The position numbers were made by a program, and so were the translations under genes. From Histomonas meleagridis 2922-C6/04-290x (taxonomy: Eukaryota; Protista; Parabasalia), in NCBI GenBank assembly GCA_020184695.1, contig JAANOX010000065.1, positions 1-21,630 of the forward strand: a DNA stretch of 21,630 nt. Direction: 5' to 3'. Of this stretch, positions 16,713-21,630 are shown piece by piece (position 1 is the stretch's first letter; each line of letters opens with the position of its first letter). Below the pieces are notes generated by a model. That model did not search any database and was not told the DNA's origin. It was given only the letters and a program-made list of their open reading frames with translations.

Positions 16713-18401
16713 ATGGAAGAACGTGAACCAAAAAAAGAACCTAGCATCAATAAATCTCCATTAGATGAAGTACGACGATTAGCTCTACTTAATGATAAAG
16801 GACCTGAAAAACAGCCTTCTTTTTACGAATTTTTAATGCAAAATTTAAAATTGATTTTTCGTAATCTGAAATTTGATTTATCATTAAATAATTTTTTAAA
16901 ACTAATGGATGAAGCAACAAAATCTGTTAGAAATGGGGTTCCAATATCACCCACATATAGAATTCAATTTAAGTCTATGAAAGAATATTATCAAATCATT
17001 ATTAATAGTTTTTATTATAAATTTTTCAAAAACCCAAATTAATACAAATTTAGATTTTGATGAATTTAAGAAATTAATTAATGATATTATTAAAAAATAT
17101 AATATAGATTATATTGATGGACATATAGGTTTATATCCATTAAATGAATATTATAACTATTATAAATCTATTATTCTAAAATATACACCTTTAAGAAAAT
17201 TACTTCATAAAATATTTGCAAAAGAAGTAGAAAATGATTTTAAAAATGGGAAACCTAAAACTATACAAGAATTTATTAATTTCTTAATTACAAAATTAAC
17301 TAACTCAAATATAACAGAAAATATTCCATTAGATTATGCTTATTCATTATATCTTTTATATTATTTTTATCATTTTAGATATGTAACTCCAAATGATTCT
17401 TACAATATTTATGAAGATAAACAAAATATTAATACAGGTTTTAAAACTTTAAATAAAAATAAATATTTATTTAAAAAATTAAATATACCTTATAGTATTG
17501 ATTATACAAATATAGGTAAAATAAAACCGAATATAAATTATTTTCCTTTCAAATTAAATAAAAAATATCAATTAAAATATATTGGAGGTAATGGAGAATA
17601 TCAAATGGATTTATTTTTTTCACATAGTGATGAATTTAATTATGATTATTGTTATTTATTAGCTGTAGAAGTACAAACTAGATTTTTATTTGGTACTTTC
17701 ACTAATATTAAAATAAACGATAAACATTATAAAAAATCAATCGAAAGTGTAGCTAAAGCTTTATTTGAACTTTATGGTACAGGTTTATTTAATCCTAAAA
17801 TTATTCATTGTGATTCAGAAACAACATTTTTTTATCAAAACCTTTACAATATATTTCAAATCATTTAATTGGTACTAAAATAATTTATGTTAAAAAAATA
17901 ATAATTAAAAATAAATCTTATCCTATACATTCATCTTTAGCTATAATTAATAGAATTTGTAGAACTATTAGAGATATGGCTGATAATATGGGTTTAGAAT
18001 ATATTCAACCTCATGATATGAATAAAATTATACATAATTATAATCATACTTATCATAAAACATTATCTAAATTAAATCATAAAAAAATATCACCATATGA
18101 AGCTAAAATAAAACAAAAATCTTTTGGTTTATCTCTACATAAATTAAATTATAATATTATGAAACAAAAAGGATTTTATTTACCTCCTGGTACAACAGTA
18201 ACAGTTTATAACACAGATCAATTAAAAAAGAGATCAAAAATATTACCAGATATTTATATAGTAGATAATTTTGAAAAAGGTAAATTTAATATTCATAATG
18301 ATAAAGGAATAAAAATGTCAGTACCAAGATATTTATTAAATCCAGTTCCAAATGCAATTATTATACCTTCAAAAGAAAAAGATCCAATGATGTTTTATTA
18401 A
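16713..18401 (+). pseudogene. Retroviral-like (rve) integrase of Maverick type, frameshifted
   Basis: YQMDLFF (first Asp 17608), YCYLLAVEVQTRFLF, IIHCDSE (second Asp 17812), SSLAIINRICRTIRDM, IIHNYNHTYH. A long frame lacking an ATG links ~17030 to 17605. Frameshifts at ~17030, ~17830 and ~17895. Confidence 0.88.
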
Positions 18402-18920
18402 TAAATAAATACTTTTTCTAAGGAAATATTAAATTCATCCATTAATGTGTTATATTCTTTATTATATTGAGAATTAAAATCATACCCATTAATCTTAATT
18501 GAATTAACTTTTTTAATTGGATTTACATGTTTTTAAACATCCAGGTTCAGGATCTTCATAACTTAATCTAACTTGATTAAAATCAATTTCTAAAATTAAA
18601 CTTATAGCTTGTACTAAATCATTAGCATTAATTATAATTTTACCACTATTATCAATTAAATTTGCTATTAATTTCATATTATTTGTTTTTAATATCGCAC
18701 TAAATGTTAAAGCTATATGTTTATATAAAGCACTAGCATTATCAGTATTAATTTCAGTTTCTCTTGTAATTATTTTTGATGTTTCTTCATTAACTTCAGG
18801 ATAATGTGCTGGTGTTTCACTATTGTTATTATTAATAATAACTTTACAATTAGCACTAGAACTATTATGTTCAGTATTATTCTTCCCTACATGGGGTGAG
18901 AAATCACTTATTTTAATCAT
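18398..18920 (-). pseudogene. Conserved hypothetical protein (~175 aa), frameshift plus internal stop
   Basis: ORF 18513-18920 continues in a shifted frame as NPIKKVNSIKINGYDFNSQ*YKEYNTLMDEFNISLEKVF to a stop near the integrase stop. Inr upstream. The end coordinate is approximate. Confidence 0.65.
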
Positions 18921-18956
18921 AAAAAATAATGATTTTAAAAATTTTTGTTTATTAAC

Positions 18957-20038
18957 TTACTCATCTGCTAATCCATTAGGTGTACCAATTATACTTACTA
19001 CATATTTTTTAACTGCATCTAACATTATTTGTTCATGGTTAGGATCTTCTAACAAATCAGTAACAACTTTTTTACAAGCAGTTGAATAATAACTTTCACC
19101 TGTCTCCAATTTATATTTTTTACCTGCTTCAATATTTGGAATATTACGTTTTTTTAATAGTTCTTCTACTTTAGGAATTACCATTAATTTTGTATAATGC
19201 AGCAGATAATTGAAGTATTGGACAATAACCCCTAATTCTTCCTTGATATTCACTATTACCTTCATATTTATCAACGAAAGTTTTATATGCATCTTTAACA
19301 AGTAAACTTGTAAATACTGCATTTGCTGACCTTCTTCTTGGAGTACTATGTAATTTATAAATATTCATAACACCAGTATCTCTATAATAGTTATCATTAG
19401 CCCTTTTCACTTTTTCCCTAAATTCATCATATTCAGGATTATATTGGACAGTTGGATCATCGAATGGTTTATCATATTTTACTGTTCTTACTTCACTATC
19501 TAGCCATTCATTGAAAGATTTAATCTTCTTTCCATCTGCTCTATGTTGTCTTCTTTTTTTTTAGGATTACCATAATTATTTTTTAAATATTCCATATATG
19601 CTACTTGATAAGGATCTTGTTTTTTGACTGTCCATCCATTAACGAATTTAGCTCTTTTATGTTGATCTCTTATAATAATATCTGGAATTCCATCAGCATT
19701 AACATATTTTTTTTTACTGACCAATGATATCTTGGATCTTTACCATCATTATGTTTGTTAACATATTCCAAAGCACCATTATATGTTTGTGCATCTCTAA
19801 CTTTTCTAACATCTTTCTTTAAATCAAGAATTAGATGTGCTAAAGCTTTCATATTCTCATCAATTAATGTACTATCAGCACCATGATATTTATAATGACT
19901 TAAATCATCATCAAAAATATATTTAGCATCACCCTCTGTAACATATCTTTTAGGTTCTTTTTTAATAATTGGTGGATATATACGTGTACCATCTTTATTT
20001 CGTGGTCTACGTGTTCCATATATCACATCTTGTTGCAT
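18957..20038 (-). pseudogene. Unit B homologue of 4871-6350 (~360 aa), split into four listed ORFs
   Basis: Shared blocks DENM.ALAHLILDLKKDV, DPRYHW, DGIPD..I.DQHKRAKFVNGWTVK, YY.DTGV..+YK.H...RR.AN.VFT and TGE.Y+S.A.K..V. Confidence 0.8.
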
Positions 20039-20071
20039 TAAAAAAAAATGATTTTAAAAAAAAAATTTTTT

Positions 20072-20529
20072 TTATTCAATTTTTATATTTTGATTATTAA
20101 CATCAATAATCATTTTTTTGATGACCAGTTAATTTTTGATAAACTGAATAAATTTGATCTTTAGTATAAGGTAATGGTATTTGTTCAATCATATATCTTA
20201 ATTGTTGTTTAGAGAAATTAGGAAATATAAATATAGTACTTACATTAGCTTTAACTTCAGCAGGTAAAGATTTCCAAAATTGTATTTTTATTAATATAAA
20301 TTAATAAATGAGTTCTAGGACTAATATTACTAATTTTAATAATTTCTCTAATTATACATTGAGTTTTCCCACTTCTTTGTCTACCTACTGCTATATTTAA
20401 AGAATTATAAGGTACATTCACTTCTGGATGAATTTCACTTATTAATTCTTCATTTAATTTAGGTTTATTTTTATATAAACAATAATCAATCATATTATCT
20501 AATGCATCAATATTAATATCGTTTTCCAT
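20072..20529 (-). pseudogene. Packaging ATPase, copy 3, with a ~345-bp internal deletion that removes Walker B
   Basis: Joins ...IYINKN directly to ACAATTTTGGAAATC (QFWKSL region); Walker A is retained. Confidence 0.87.
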
Positions 20530-20582
20530 AAAATAAAAAATAATTTTCATAAAAAAAGCATTCTGTCACTTCATTATTTTTA

Positions 20583-20971
20583 ATGGAAGCTCTTTATACA
20601 TGCTTTTGCACAAGAATTTAAAGATTGTGATTTTTAGTACAATTAATATCAAACCTTCGTTTTATATAAAAAAAAAAAAAAATGTAATAACAGTAACTGT
20701 AACTGTGTATAATAAATATCATAATTTATTAAGAAAACAAATTTATAAATTTATAGATGAAAAATATCATCCTACTATAAAGAATCCTTTACAAAATATA
20801 ACGCCTGAACAATTGGATCAAGCTTATCAAATATCTAAAATGGAATTGTTAAATCAAATATTTAATAATGATTTAAATAAATATAATGCTTACTTAGGTA
20901 AATTAAATGTATTGCAACAATACGCTAATACATTAATGCCACAAAATAATCAACCTCAAAATGATCTATAA
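20583..20971 (+). pseudogene. Third copy of the 130-aa protein, with an early frameshift
   Basis: ATG GAA GCT CTT at 20583 matches MEALY. The frame shifts within the first ~60 nt and then matches 7117-7509. Confidence 0.8.
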
Positions 20972-21252
20972 ATAAAAATCTAATTATTTAGTATATGTAA
21001 ACTATTTAAACAAATATTATTGTGTTTACCGTAAATAAACTAAATAAAAAGTTTACTGAATTATAAACTTTTGAAAAATATTTTATCACAATACAATTAT
21101 GTTGTGATAAAATGACGAAAAATGACTTGTCAAATGACACAAAGTCCTAACCTATTTTCTCAATATTTGAAAGGGTGTTCGTTTCAAAATAATAAAAATA
21201 TATCAAAAAGTTTAATTGAGAGACAATATTTTGCATGACTTCACTTTCAGGA

Positions 21253-21492
21253 ATGGAACAAGAGTACGCAGTCGATCATATCTCTGATCCCGAGTTCAAA
21301 GATGGGGCGGTCTCTTTCCTGGTGCACTGGAGCACAGGAGAAGAAACTCGTGAGCCTCTTAAAAACCTAGTCCCTGGCTGCCTTGAAAGTTTACTTAATT
21401 GGAGTCAATGCTACAGGCGCATCTTGAAGCCGGAATACCTAGAGCAGTTCGATAGAGCACTTGACTACGCGATCACTCATCCGTATCAATAA
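21253..21492 (+). CDS. Standalone chromodomain-like protein (79 aa)
   Basis: MEQEYAVDHISD...FLVHW...TREPLKNL. The ATG at 21253 follows a TCACT Inr (21241). About 50% GC by hand count. Confidence 0.65.
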   Translation: MEQEYAVDHISDPEFKDGAVSFLVHWSTGEETREPLKNLVPGCLESLLNWSQCYRRILKPEYLEQFDRALDYAITHPYQ

Positions 21493-21554
21493 ACAATCAA
21501 TTCTAATTTTTAATCTTAAAAAAATCTGAGATCTAATTTTAAAATAATTTTTAT

Positions 21555-21630
21555 TTAATAACCCTCTGGTGTACCATTAGTATGGTATTTCAGACCATTT
21601 TTCGTAAGTCTAATGTGAAATAAGTATCGC
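21555..21630 (-). pseudogene. 3' end of the capsid-like gene, unit B
   Basis: DTYFTLDL...NGLKYHTNGTPEGY* is homologous to DTYFTLNLHNGLKYYANGIPDGY* at 8529; there is a frameshift in an A5 run. Confidence 0.6.

Larger units (their letters stand above)
13830..21630 (+). mobile_element. Unit B: Maverick/Polinton-like element running off the right edge
   Basis: Same leader and gene order as unit A, plus a complete-length integrase. It starts AGTAG, consistent with the 5'-AG termini described for Polintons. Confidence 0.8.

Noticed and set aside
18823-19089. 88-aa plus-strand ORF
   Set aside because: Antisense across two conserved minus-strand genes.
1-21630. Bacterial prophage interpretation (fibre, HNH, ATPase)
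   Set aside because: No Shine-Dalgarno motifs, terminase or portal were seen. The rve integrase, A32-like ATPase, pPolB and eukaryotic Inr motifs fit a Polinton.
1-21630. Alternative genetic code (stop readthrough) to explain in-frame TAA/TAG
   Set aside because: The internal stops are few and copy-specific (AAG in the 4570 copy vs TAG at 9941), and TAA is used as the normal terminator throughout.

Overview
An AT-rich eukaryotic locus made almost entirely of degraded, rearranged Maverick/Polinton-like endogenous dsDNA virus sequence. The host is probably a parabasalid (trichomonad), because TCA(T/C)T initiator motifs sit just upstream of most ATGs. Two collinear but diverged units, A (701-~8850) and B (13830 to the window end), start at the same nucleotide with a GC-rich multi-hairpin leader. 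Each then carries a 113-aa protein, a phage-type His-repeat fibre, an rve integrase, two conserved unknown genes, an A32/FtsK-like packaging ATPase, a 130-aa protein, a standalone chromodomain-like gene and the 3' end of a probable capsid gene. Between and before them lie fragments of a protein-primed family B DNA polymerase, an inverted third copy of the ATPase/130-aa cassette, and an HNH endonuclease frame that the ORF track missed, flanked by ~230-290 bp direct repeats. The strongest unexpected signal is in the leader hairpins: they show compensatory base changes between A and B, and one 13-nt loop is exactly reverse-complemented (flip/flop). Protein family calls come from motif recognition by eye; no database searches were run. 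Many of the frameshifts lie in homopolymers and may be sequencing errors.
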